A DNA stretch of 64,000 nucleotides from a virus: positions 32,001 to 96,000 of IMG/VR virus record IMGVR_UViG_3300027763_000036. One strand, given 5' to 3'. Below, piece by piece: positions 39,401 through 49,900 of this stretch. Positions within the stretch are counted from its first letter, which is position 1. Every line of letters starts with the position of its first letter. The translations under genes were made by a program, and so were the position numbers. The notes beneath the pieces are model-generated. The model worked only from the letters and a program-made list of their open reading frames with translations, had not been told where the DNA came from and searched no databases.

Positions 39401-42400
39401 CTATTTAATGACTCAGATGCTTTCTTAGATATAGTAAGAAGGAATACTGATTGGATGAGAGTTCAAAATGGTAGAAGAGTAAAGTATTTTGAAGATCTAA
39501 TTAGATCTGAGATGGATAAAGTAAGAGCTAACGCATTACTAAATTCATTAGCTGATAAAGGCTTGTACATGAGTCTTGAGGATATGGGGAACTATATGAA
39601 TAATGGTATTCCGCCTAAAGAGATTTTTAACAATATTACTAAAGAAATATATAGAATAGGTGATCCTAAGTATGCTGAGATCTATCAAGAATATTTTCAA
39701 AAAAATGATGATTTAAAGTCTGATTTAAACCCTAGAAAAACAGGAATTTTAGATGATGCATATCAAAAACAAATTGATGATTTTGAAGCTAAGAAACAAG
39801 AAGAGATAGATAAGCTTGAAAAGAAACCTACAAGAAGAGAGACTGGAGAAGTAAAAGGTAAAGATCGGAATAAAACTTTTTCAGCTACTGAGGCAAGTAA
39901 TCAATTAGCTAATAATGAATATGTAGAACTTAAGATTAACAAAGACTCAGAGCCAATAGTATTATTCAAAGATGCTGAAGGTAATATTCACATGGATGAT
40001 GTTGATGGAGAACTTGTAGATGTTAGAGATATAAAAGATAGATTCTTAGAAGGAAAAAGATATGTAGTAGAAATGCTACCAGATCCATTAGAGGTAGAAA
40101 GAATTACAAATGTCTACAATGCTAAAATAGAGGGTGTGTTTAAAGCATATGCTGCAGATAAAGATTCTGTAGATCTTGAAGTTCCATATGAAGAAGTTAC
40201 TCAAGAAAGTAATCTTAATACACCTGACTTAATTGATTTTAGAAATTCTTTATATGTAGCATATCAAGAAGAGTATGTTGAAAATCTTTCTGCAGAACAA
40301 CAAGAAGCTTTGTTAGAAGATTCTGACTTAGATCAAGAAACATTTGAGAAGTGGTATTCTTTGCCTGAAAATAAAAAATACTTTGATGAGTATAATAATG
40401 AAAACAGACCAGCTATCTCAGAAAAGGAAACTGTCCTTAGTGTTAATGGGGTTACTGTAGATACTAAGAACAGAACCCTTGAACAATTATTTGAGATTAG
40501 AAATACACTTGCAGATAAGTTAACTATAGCAAATGAAGATATAGAGCTTCTAGATGATGAGACTGAAAAAGAAGAAAAGAAACAAGCACAAAAAGTAATA
40601 GATGCTTTAGCTTTAGATTTAAAAAATCTTAATGTTATTATTGCAGCAAGACAGTTTGCAAAATATCCAGAGGAAATAAAAGATTCTGTAAGAAGTATCC
40701 AAAAGTTATTTAAAGCCCAGGATAAAGTTGAAAGAGTAACGCTTACAGAAGATGATGAAGTAACAGGATTAAAGAAAGGACAAAAAGCATATAGAGTAAA
40801 TGGGAAGATTCATAGAAGAATGACCCAAGCTATGCATGATGTTATTGATCAAAAATATGAGTATAAAGGACAAGAAGATGTAGATACTGTATTCAATCAA
40901 ACAATAGGTAAGAATGGTTTAAATCCAGCTTCTGCAAAAGAGTTTGTAGATAGATTAAGAATACTTGCCGAAGATGATAAAAAGCTTCCAGGAACAAATA
41001 AAATATTCTTTGATAAGTTACAAGATCAGTTATTGGTATTACCATCTAGAACTGTTGAACAGATTAAACTTGAAAATCAAAAGTCTGAAATATTAACTAA
41101 AGCAGATAAAGAAAAAGATGCTGCTAAGAAAGAAGCATTATATGAGCAAGCTGTAGAAATTCAAAATAAAATTGATGGTGTTACAGCTCCTGTTTCTACA
41201 GATGCTAAAGCTGATATAGAAAGAAAGTCTGGTGAGTCTGTAAAAGACTTTATGGAAAGACTATTTTCTAATAATTATTTTACGGAAGTATCTGGAAAAC
41301 AAATATTTAGTTTAACACAAGGAAGATGGGGAGTTATTGTTAATATAGATGGTGTACAGGTACCTTTTTATCAATCTACTTCTGGTACAGATACTAAAGT
41401 AAAAGGTCAGTGGTATCCGTTTTTTGGAGATCAAGGTAATTGGGTTATAAAAGGTAATAGTGATGATTCTAATATAGGATATGGTTTCAAAGCTATACAA
41501 GATGTACAATCTTTTTTAAATAATAATATAAAAGAAACAGATGCTATAGCCTTAAGTGGTATTATATCTAAAGAAGTTCTTCAAAATCAAAGTTCATTAA
41601 GAATGTTAGATGAATCCAAAATAAAAGGTAATGAAAAAATATCTTTAAATAAAGAAGCAACTGCAGAAAGATTAGCTAGTGTAGCAGGTTATTCACTTGA
41701 AGAAGGAAGAAAAACTAAATCAGATTCAGAATTATTTCAGTTAGCATCTAAAAAAATATTTGCAGAACTAGCTTCTTTAGGTACAGCAGAAACAGTTGCT
41801 AAAGATAATTTTGATATTGCTACCAAGAAGAACGGTATTAAAGATATAACAGATGTATTCTTTGCAGAACAATCTTATCAAGATGGTAGAGATGCAGGTG
41901 ATTTCTTTGACTTAGCTAAAGACTATTTAGAGTCTGGTAAAAAACCAGAGTTTAATGAAAACATAATTACAAGAGAAGCATATGATAATTTAATAGGAGT
42001 TTTAGATCCAATTAAAAGTAAGATAGAGTCTGGAGAACTATATATTGTAGGTAGAGATCTTGTTGTATATGATTCAGATATAGACCTTGGTAATGATAGA
42101 AGAGATAGAATAGCTGGGGAAATTGACCTTATCTTAGTTGATAAAGATGGTATTTATGTTTTAGATATTAAATCTGGGGAAGCATCTAAATTTCTAAACT
42201 TTAATAATTTAAGTAGTAAACAAAAGATATTTAGCAAAAGGAATGAGTATACTCTTCAAACAGCTGGATATGCTACTATGTTAGAAAGAATGATAGATAG
42301 AAGAGTAGCTGGTCTAGCTATGCTTCCTATACAAAGAGCATCTAATAAAGAAACAAACCAAGTAATTGAAGTTAAGAAACCTATAAATCCTGATCTCTAT

Positions 42401-43948
42401 GAAGAAATTAATTACAAAAGAGATGCAGACGGGAATATAATTCTTAGTAAAGAAATAGATCCAAAAACTGGTAAGCCATTTAATGAAAAACAATTTGAAA
42501 AAACTAAAAAGAAATACAAGTATGATTTCTTAGTTCCTTTATATAGAGAATCTGTACAAGAAGAAATAGATAAGTTGTTTGGTAAAAAAGAAGGTAAACT
42601 TGCCCCGGGAGCTAAGAGAACTTTATCACGTAGATATAGTTTATTTAGAAGTGCTTTAGAACAGATTACTGATGAGGAGAGTAAAGCAAACATAGATAAA
42701 ATTAGAAGAGCTGAAAAACTTATAAATGATGCTGTTGAGAAAGATGGAATAATTATACCAGATGATATTGCTAATCTACTTGCACAAAAGAAACAAGCAC
42801 TAAGAGCTTATACGGGTAAAGAAGTTATTAAAAGTATAATTAAAAAATATAAAGAAGATTTATCTGACACAGAGAAAAAAGTAAAAGATCAAAAAGAAGC
42901 ACTGGAAAAAATAACTAGTAATATTTCATTTGATGATATAGATAAATCTAAACTTGAAGATGGTACTGATTTCATAGAAGAGCAATTAGCAAAAGATAAA
43001 GACTTTGCATTTTACTATAAAAAGCATGATGACTTTAAGGAAGAAGATTCTAAAGATGCTGCTGAAGTTCAAAAATTAACTATCTTAACAATGAAGGCAT
43101 CTAGATTATTAACAGATCAAGATATAGAAGATGACTTAATTGATGAGCTTACAATGGCTGATGCTTCTGAGTTAATACATGAAGGAGTTAAAAGAATTCA
43201 GTATTTAAAAACTGAAACTACAGATAATAAAACTCTCAAGGAATTAAAAGATTATCAATCCAAAATTTCTTTGCTTACTAGAACAATAGGCCTTAATACA
43301 AATAATCTTAATATTTTAGAGACTCTTGAAGCAGCAGAGTTTAATGCAGAACAAGGACTTATGGATCTAGCTTATGAGCAGATATCTAAAAAAATTCAGA
43401 ATCTTGAGGATGAGTTAAATAGAAACTATACTAAACCAAGTCGTAGGACAGATATTAATAAAGAGCTTGTTAATTTTAATAAATTCAAAGAAGCACTAGC
43501 TCTTGCTTATGAGATACCAATAGATATATTTGAAAATATAGTAGAAGAAGAGGAGGAAGTAATAGAAGATGAGTATGATAATGTAATTAAAGTAGGGGAT
43601 ACAGTTTATTCTAGAACTGGTACTGATACAACACCATATACAGTAAAAGAAATTACTCCTAAAAATTATATTCTTAAAGATCCAAAAGGTAAAGAAATAT
43701 CAGTTGAAATTAGTAAATTTGATGAACAATACATAACAGAAAGTGAGATGAATGCTGGTGAAACTACACCTCCGGGATACAATCCTACAGAAGGTGAAAA
43801 ATCTGTAATGCAAGAAAGCCAAATGTCAGTAGATGATTTCTTAAGAAAAGCTGAAGAAGATAAGGCTAAAGCTTACCAGGAAGGAGTTAGCAATACGCTT
43901 GCTCAAAATAGAGAGAACTTATTAAATAAAACAAAAGACTGTCCATAA
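36452..43948 (+). CDS. Giant virion/ejected protein with PD-(D/E)xK nuclease-like domain
   Basis: 2498 aa; IAGEIDL...VLDIKS...Y.LQ...Y at ~42110-42280; G/A-rich hydrophobic N-terminal segments; C-terminal KOW/SH3-like IKVGDTVY. Confidence 0.7.
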   Translation: MAEQELFDPLDPLGPEYGRINQPIPDAKGLSAFEGDLIDMPKANIPTRNESFFPSIANIENLNRPNREIKHNLVKTNAVNPSIPKKPIDINQYNKSTSQYIQSFFQANQDKNNYAKIYSYNAGPDGNAFYKRYAAYGQKKFDEVGFSPLRDNEANFNANTTKWENFSTMMAHSFIPLFTRGFVSGPKSLGKMLTGDFTSGDLEDARAYEEAAAIGNSSKGGIFGFVNNTVMNFGYTAGIIGEAVAEEAAGALLAAPTGGSSLIATTANNLLKIPKLFKGLNSAKKGYDAVRKTLKLTESVSGARNFWNAARSSEFLKSSVQALNPLENTMHAFRGFKQADNLTDMAILSKTAGGFYRDVRKINMALSEARLEAGMVENHVYDKLYNEAYIANNNEVPNNKELAEIEKQAKDASYETLLENTALIYVSNGITFHNITGPKGGIRNFIKSTTDDIYDIASREGSKNFGKIGKVVYDRAAKKFAIEKNNLKTLAKGWLKNPVYKSVGNTVGYFKANFTEGIQENLQETIAEANERYFLDSYKSPTLQTMLYSRAAMRAINRDKLDYFSESWAEQNPFTAKGAETFASGFFMGTLAGPLNSAVPFLSSNWNRMFHKEQYQKWKEAQTTVAQNLVSQLNDMDLGTFMSEEMQNLGAQDLVGALRARENKKAGLDSEVESYISQVQKLKNTGTFGIFKEKLEGLKELTDEEFADAVNIDLEKVPKYRTRIDKSIARLDKIKGLYERVEKKFPNPISNIDDLDKNDPNYEEKKLLGNAWNLATRNMVFFNETYDDILERRAKIDAKFNSNPKFQKIDNKQRNLLFNPLVPEGQFSKDSGDMVEEIDILKKELALEKELGKNSNKIKGLEEKIKITTDYVEKFKNFDLFFNRSGYIEKYAEDIKKATGKDATSEEIMEYMDSDLGGSLDENNPTGQRIISELRDSYKNYLKTLGKQKGEDIFSEDLDLTFEALMDYYKLGHEKVNIAKYVELFNDSDAFLDIVRRNTDWMRVQNGRRVKYFEDLIRSEMDKVRANALLNSLADKGLYMSLEDMGNYMNNGIPPKEIFNNITKEIYRIGDPKYAEIYQEYFQKNDDLKSDLNPRKTGILDDAYQKQIDDFEAKKQEEIDKLEKKPTRRETGEVKGKDRNKTFSATEASNQLANNEYVELKINKDSEPIVLFKDAEGNIHMDDVDGELVDVRDIKDRFLEGKRYVVEMLPDPLEVERITNVYNAKIEGVFKAYAADKDSVDLEVPYEEVTQESNLNTPDLIDFRNSLYVAYQEEYVENLSAEQQEALLEDSDLDQETFEKWYSLPENKKYFDEYNNENRPAISEKETVLSVNGVTVDTKNRTLEQLFEIRNTLADKLTIANEDIELLDDETEKEEKKQAQKVIDALALDLKNLNVIIAARQFAKYPEEIKDSVRSIQKLFKAQDKVERVTLTEDDEVTGLKKGQKAYRVNGKIHRRMTQAMHDVIDQKYEYKGQEDVDTVFNQTIGKNGLNPASAKEFVDRLRILAEDDKKLPGTNKIFFDKLQDQLLVLPSRTVEQIKLENQKSEILTKADKEKDAAKKEALYEQAVEIQNKIDGVTAPVSTDAKADIERKSGESVKDFMERLFSNNYFTEVSGKQIFSLTQGRWGVIVNIDGVQVPFYQSTSGTDTKVKGQWYPFFGDQGNWVIKGNSDDSNIGYGFKAIQDVQSFLNNNIKETDAIALSGIISKEVLQNQSSLRMLDESKIKGNEKISLNKEATAERLASVAGYSLEEGRKTKSDSELFQLASKKIFAELASLGTAETVAKDNFDIATKKNGIKDITDVFFAEQSYQDGRDAGDFFDLAKDYLESGKKPEFNENIITREAYDNLIGVLDPIKSKIESGELYIVGRDLVVYDSDIDLGNDRRDRIAGEIDLILVDKDGIYVLDIKSGEASKFLNFNNLSSKQKIFSKRNEYTLQTAGYATMLERMIDRRVAGLAMLPIQRASNKETNQVIEVKKPINPDLYEEINYKRDADGNIILSKEIDPKTGKPFNEKQFEKTKKKYKYDFLVPLYRESVQEEIDKLFGKKEGKLAPGAKRTLSRRYSLFRSALEQITDEESKANIDKIRRAEKLINDAVEKDGIIIPDDIANLLAQKKQALRAYTGKEVIKSIIKKYKEDLSDTEKKVKDQKEALEKITSNISFDDIDKSKLEDGTDFIEEQLAKDKDFAFYYKKHDDFKEEDSKDAAEVQKLTILTMKASRLLTDQDIEDDLIDELTMADASELIHEGVKRIQYLKTETTDNKTLKELKDYQSKISLLTRTIGLNTNNLNILETLEAAEFNAEQGLMDLAYEQISKKIQNLEDELNRNYTKPSRRTDINKELVNFNKFKEALALAYEIPIDIFENIVEEEEEVIEDEYDNVIKVGDTVYSRTGTDTTPYTVKEITPKNYILKDPKGKEISVEISKFDEQYITESEMNAGETTPPGYNPTEGEKSVMQESQMSVDDFLRKAEEDKAKAYQEGVSNTLAQNRENLLNKTKDCP

Positions 43949-46900
43949 TGATAACATGTAGCATTAATAATATTGAAATTGTAAAGGCTTTATATGCAGA
44001 TGTAAGTGGTGCTCTAAAGAAAGCTCAAGATTCTAAAAAAGACTTTGATCATAAGGACTATATGAAAAAGTTATTCAAAGATCTTTCTGAACAATCATCA
44101 CCAGAAGTAGCTGCTAAATATTTACAGTCTGTACCAAAAATAATCATTGATGCACAAAACAATTATTTTGAAGATCTTTTTGTTAATCTAAATGCTTTAA
44201 GTAAACTAAATCAAGATTTTAAAAATTCTGACACAGGTGTCACAGCTGTAATTAAAGAATTAGGTGATACTTCTAATCTTGGTGAAAAAAAAGATAATTT
44301 ACAGAATAAAAAAAATAATTCGATTAATTTAAATCAAAATCCTGTAGCACCAAAACCAGTAGTAAGATTACCACAAAGATTTAGAACATTAACTCCTTTT
44401 GGTGGTACTTTACAATCTTATATTAAGATTGATCCAAATTTAAAAGAACAATCTATTACTCCTGAAAGTATAAATCAGGAGTTACTCTATATGATTAGAA
44501 CCTTTGATAAGATTAAAGAAATTCAAAATACTACTGATACACTTAATGGAGTTGTTTATGATGGAGTAAAACTTCACTTTAAGTCTATTACTCTTAGTGC
44601 ATATGATAAGCCTGAAAATCAAAAATATTTAGATGCAGATACTAAAGCTTTAATTGCTAAATCAGCAAGTATAATTAATCAAGGTACAGCTCCAAAAGAT
44701 GTTGTTCAAATAACTGAACTTCCTATACTTTTATTAAGTGATATAGATGGTAATGTTCTTTATTTTGATAATAATGGAAACATAACTACTGAAGATTCTG
44801 GTAAGCCAGTATATCAGTTTATGAGAACTGTTAGAAAAGATGGAAATACTTTTTCTGTTACTAATAGATATAATACTGAAGACTTACTAATTACTCCTGA
44901 AGATTTTGCAGATGCAACATATGATGAAGCTATAGATGGTCCAAAAGATAAATATTTAGTATCTGTAAAAGAAATGATGCAAAAAGAAATGTCAGACTTA
45001 TATGACATTCAACAAAGAGTAATTTCTGGACAAGAGATGATACTTCCTATTACAGGAATTAGTAATGGTATACCCGCAAATTTGTCTGCTACAAAAATAA
45101 CTTTGAGCAACTTATTAAATTTGCCAACACTAAATGCAAATCCTATTGGTGTAATTAAAACAATTAGAACAATACCTATTGCACAAGATGGATTTAATAC
45201 TGGTTCAGCTTTTATTCAGTTGAATGGTAATAAATTTTTTATTGAAAGACCTTTAATAACACAAGACTTAGCAGTTGAGATTGCTGATGTTTTAACTAAT
45301 CCTAATATTTCTAATGCTGCAAAACAAGAATATACAGATCAGTTTTTAAAGGGATACTCCACAAATAATTCAAGTAAAAAATTTACCTTAATATATTCTA
45401 AAAATGGTAAATCAATTTACTTTAATATGTTTGAAAAGTTTTATCAAACAGATCCAAAAGATATAAAAGAAAAACTAGACTTACACTCCTCATATTTAAA
45501 AACATTAGATCAATCACAAATTGATAAGTATAAGGAAACAATTATAAAGTATTTAACTAAAGAAGGGACTAAAGCTAATCAAGGAAGAATAAATATAATA
45601 TTTCAAAATGCAGCTTTAGAGAGTGGTAAGTACACAAGGTTAAATGATGCTGGTACTGGATTTAATAGAAATGCTGATTATCATACTTTCCTTACAACTA
45701 CAGATTCTGAAATTTCTTTAACTAATGCTGATCCTGGATTCTATAATTATGTAGTTAATTTTACAACATTTGATACACCTGTTGGAGAGTTTATTAATGC
45801 TGAGAAGAATGAAAAAGATTCTAAGCTTATAGATGCTGAGTTAAATAGAGTAATTGGAAATGCATTATCAAACGAATATAAGGCTAAAGTTAAACAAGAA
45901 GATCCTACTCAACAAAGACCTTATGATAGTTTTTTAGTCACTAGATACTTAAGAGATCAGATATCTACTGTCTATAACAAATCACAGAGCAAAACTTTTG
46001 TGCAAGGTCTTATAGATGCATTAAAGGGTCCGTTATATAGTTACTTGCATTTACGTGACGCACAAATAAAGATTCTTCAGGACAAATTAAATATAACTAA
46101 TTTCCAAACTGTTACACCTGCACCAACTGCTAAGCCTCCTGTTCAAGAGGAAATAGTAGATGTAATAGAAGTTCTAGGAGCAGAATCTCCACAAGACAAT
46201 ACTGTAGTTAATAGAATATTTAATGAAGATACTACAGAAGATGATAGTATATTTTTTGATAGAGCTGGTATTAAAAAAGAGTTTATTAATCCATTAAAAA
46301 TTGTACAAGCTAAGATATGGTGGAATAGTAAAAAAATGGAGCCAATGAGAAAACTCATAGAGTTTGACCGTATGCTTAACATTGTAAACTCAGATAGTTA
46401 TGCAAGATTTATTGTAGCTGGAGCTACTCTTGCTGACACAGGTACATTAGGTACTATATTAGTTAATAAAGAGAAAGGTACAGTATTTCAAAACCTTACA
46501 ATTTATCATGAGGCATGGCACGTATTCTCTCAGTTGTTCTTAACTAAAAAACAAAAGTCAGATTTATATAACGAGCTACTCAATTATACAGATGCTAAAG
46601 GAAATACTCCTTATGCAAAGATGAGTCTTAGAGAATTAGAGGAGATGCTTGCAGAAGATTTCCGTAACTATGTTAAAACAGGTAAAGCAAAACAAGGTGC
46701 TCAAAAAAGAAATAGTTTATTCAGAAAAATAGTTGAGTTCTTAAAACAACTATTTGGTAAAGTATTAAAGAAATTTAAAAAACAAGAAATTGTAATTAAT
46801 AGTCTTAACTCGCCAATGGCAGCAAGATTATTTAATGAATTATACATAGGAGAATTTAATAAGTATTCTCCTAGTATAACTAATCAAATGTTTACTAAGC

Positions 46901-49900
46901 TAGATAGAGGACCAAGACAAATTGAATATCCATCACAAGATGCACTATCTCCTGGAGATGGTATGACAGTGGTATCTTCTATTGATAATTTCTTTGCTGA
47001 AGAAGTAGATAAATTATATCAACAAAGAAAAGCTAAAGGAGAAGACAGAAAAGAAATTAGCTTATCTGTAATAAAGAGTCCTGCACAAAAAGAAGAGTTA
47101 TATAAGAGAGCACGCAAAAGATTTGAAACTGTTCTTGCTCAAGAGCAAGCTAAACTTAGAGCTGTAGAAGGCATAGCAGATTTCAATACCTTAGATACTT
47201 TAGAAGAGATTGAAAGCAATGCTTTTGCTATAATGAAAAATGAGGTATATGACAAAGAAGGAAAGTTGATCCCGGAGAAATCAGGAAAAGACAAATATTT
47301 CTTTTTAACATCTCAGGTTACAAACTTTGATAATCTATCTGCTTCAACTAAAAAAGGAGAAAGAGTAAGGGGAGAAGACTATAAAGATACTATTAGAATT
47401 GTTGGTGATTTTTATAAGCACAAAACAATTAAGAAAGATGGAAGAAGCATAGATATTGTTTTAGTAACAAGACCTCAAGATGCACAAACCCAATTTGATA
47501 ACTATCTAAAAGGAAATGTATGGGATGAATCATCTAAGAAATGGATTCAAGATGCAGGTGGTGCAAAAATCTTTACAAGAATTGAGAAAAAACCTATAGT
47601 AGATAAAGCTAAGATAGATCAAACTCAAGAAGAGATAAGAGATAATGTAAGAGTATTAGAAACTACTCTTAAAAACTGGGGTGATGAGAAGAGTGGTATT
47701 GTACAATACCATATGCAAAATACAGACTTTGATGTTGCTAAAAGAAGATATAGTGTTGATGGAGAATTACTTCCTGAGATAGAAGAATTAAAAGAAGATA
47801 GTAAAGGTGAGGTAAAAGATGAATCAGAAAAAGACCTAGAAAATGACGGAGGCTTAGGACAGGGTAATGAAGGTACTGGAGATGTATCTTTACAACAAAC
47901 AATGAGCAAAGAAACTATATTTGTTTTAAAGACATTGTTTAAAGTAAACTCTGATGGTACTATTCCAACAGATAGATTTGGAATTAAACAAAGAGCGGAT
48001 TTTAGTAAAACATTTGCTATAGTTGCAAAAACTATTGGTGGTATTCGTGATAGACAAAAGGCTTATGAAAAATTAAGATTAGAGTCTGAAAAGTTTCCAG
48101 AGCTAAAACAATTGTTTGAAACTAAGTTTCCTAATCCAAATAAGTCAGGAGCTACTGTTAATACATTTGAATTTGACTTAGCTAGAAACTTTTTCCAAGA
48201 TTTTGGTAAACCACATATTGATTATTTACAACTCTATGGTTACTATGATAAAGAAGTTGTAAATGATGCAGAAAGATATAACCTAAACTTTGTAGTAAAA
48301 GAATCTGACTTAGCAATAGATAACTTACTAAATAAATGGTCAAACAACTTTGCAACTCTTAAGGGAAATAAATATATCAATGTATCAAGAGATAATATAA
48401 GAAGTTTAAAGTTAGCTGACGTTGTAAAAGATTTTAAATCAAAATCAACTAGTGAATTAGATTTAGCTAAGCAAATTGAGTTTGCTAAAGTATTGGGTAT
48501 TGAGCTTCAGAATAATGATAATGTTAAATCTGAGCTTGAAAGATCTGCATACTATGGTTTACCGTACATATTCAAAATAGTAAATTCAATAAATAATATT
48601 GAGCAAGGGTCTGTTGAAAAAGCTTTATCTAAAGAAAAATCTAGACTTGTAAGTAACTTTAAAGAAAACCCACTTAAGGTTTTAACAGATGGTTTTAGTG
48701 GATCTTTAATAGGTGATAAGGGAACCGTAAAACAATTAACTCAGTTAAAAAGATTAGCAGAGTTACAAACTACATATGGTTATGATAGTTCAAGTACTGC
48801 TATAATTAGATCTAACCAAAACGTTGGTTATAAGGAAGTTAACTGGAGTTCTGGTCATGCAAGAGCATATGCATTAAATGAAGTAGAGAATTTTAATCAG
48901 CTTTGGGAAGATCCAAGATATAACTACATGTCACATCTTAATCCTGAGATAAACACTCATGTTAGACATTTAAAAATCATATCTTCTTTATTCCCTAATT
49001 TAGAAAAGAAAAGTGAAAATACTTCAGTAAAATTCTTTGCACAAGATGGATTTGCCATTACAGATGAAAGAGGTGACAGTAGTGGTAATACAACTACTGA
49101 GTTAGATCCATTATCTAAATTTATATTTGAATTTCATTCATTTAGTTTAGCTGGTGTAGCTGAACTACCAAGAACATCTGAAAAGAAATTCTCATGGGGC
49201 TTTAAAGTAGACGGAGGTATAAACCATCCAGATGTTAATTTTGAATCTGCAAAAGATCCAAATCTATATATTGACATTGACATGTTCAAAACTGTAGCTG
49301 GAGAACAATACGCAAGAGCTGGGTTTTTATATGGATATATTCAAGGTGAGTTTGATAGAATTAAAAAGTTCAGAGGTCCAGAAAAAGAAAAGTATTTAAA
49401 CTTTACTGGGTATAATGAGCCTGTAATTGAAGATGGTGAAAAAATGTTTTCCGGACAAACCTTTGTAGCATTCAAAGGGGTGTTAAGTGAAGGAACAAAA
49501 AAGAGGTTATACGCATTAGCAGATCAACAAGCAGACATAGAAATCTTAGACTATGTTAAAAATGTTGATAAAGAACTTGGTAAAATGATCAAGGATGATA
49601 TAACAACATTCTTCAATGAAAAAACAAATGAGATTAAAGAACTTTACTTTAATAAAATTCCTTACATATCTAGATCATTACTTGAGAAGTTTGGTATAGA
49701 TAAGGAGTCTCTTAAAGATGAAGAAGTATTTAAATCTTATTTAGCAAAACCAGAGATCGTAAATGCTTTACTTAAAGCTTATACATATAATGACTTTATC
49801 CATAAATATGAGACAAGCATTATTATGTTTGGAGATCATGCTCAATGGAATCACGGAAAAGAGGATTGGTCAAAAAGAATTCCTGGACTTACTTCAGATG

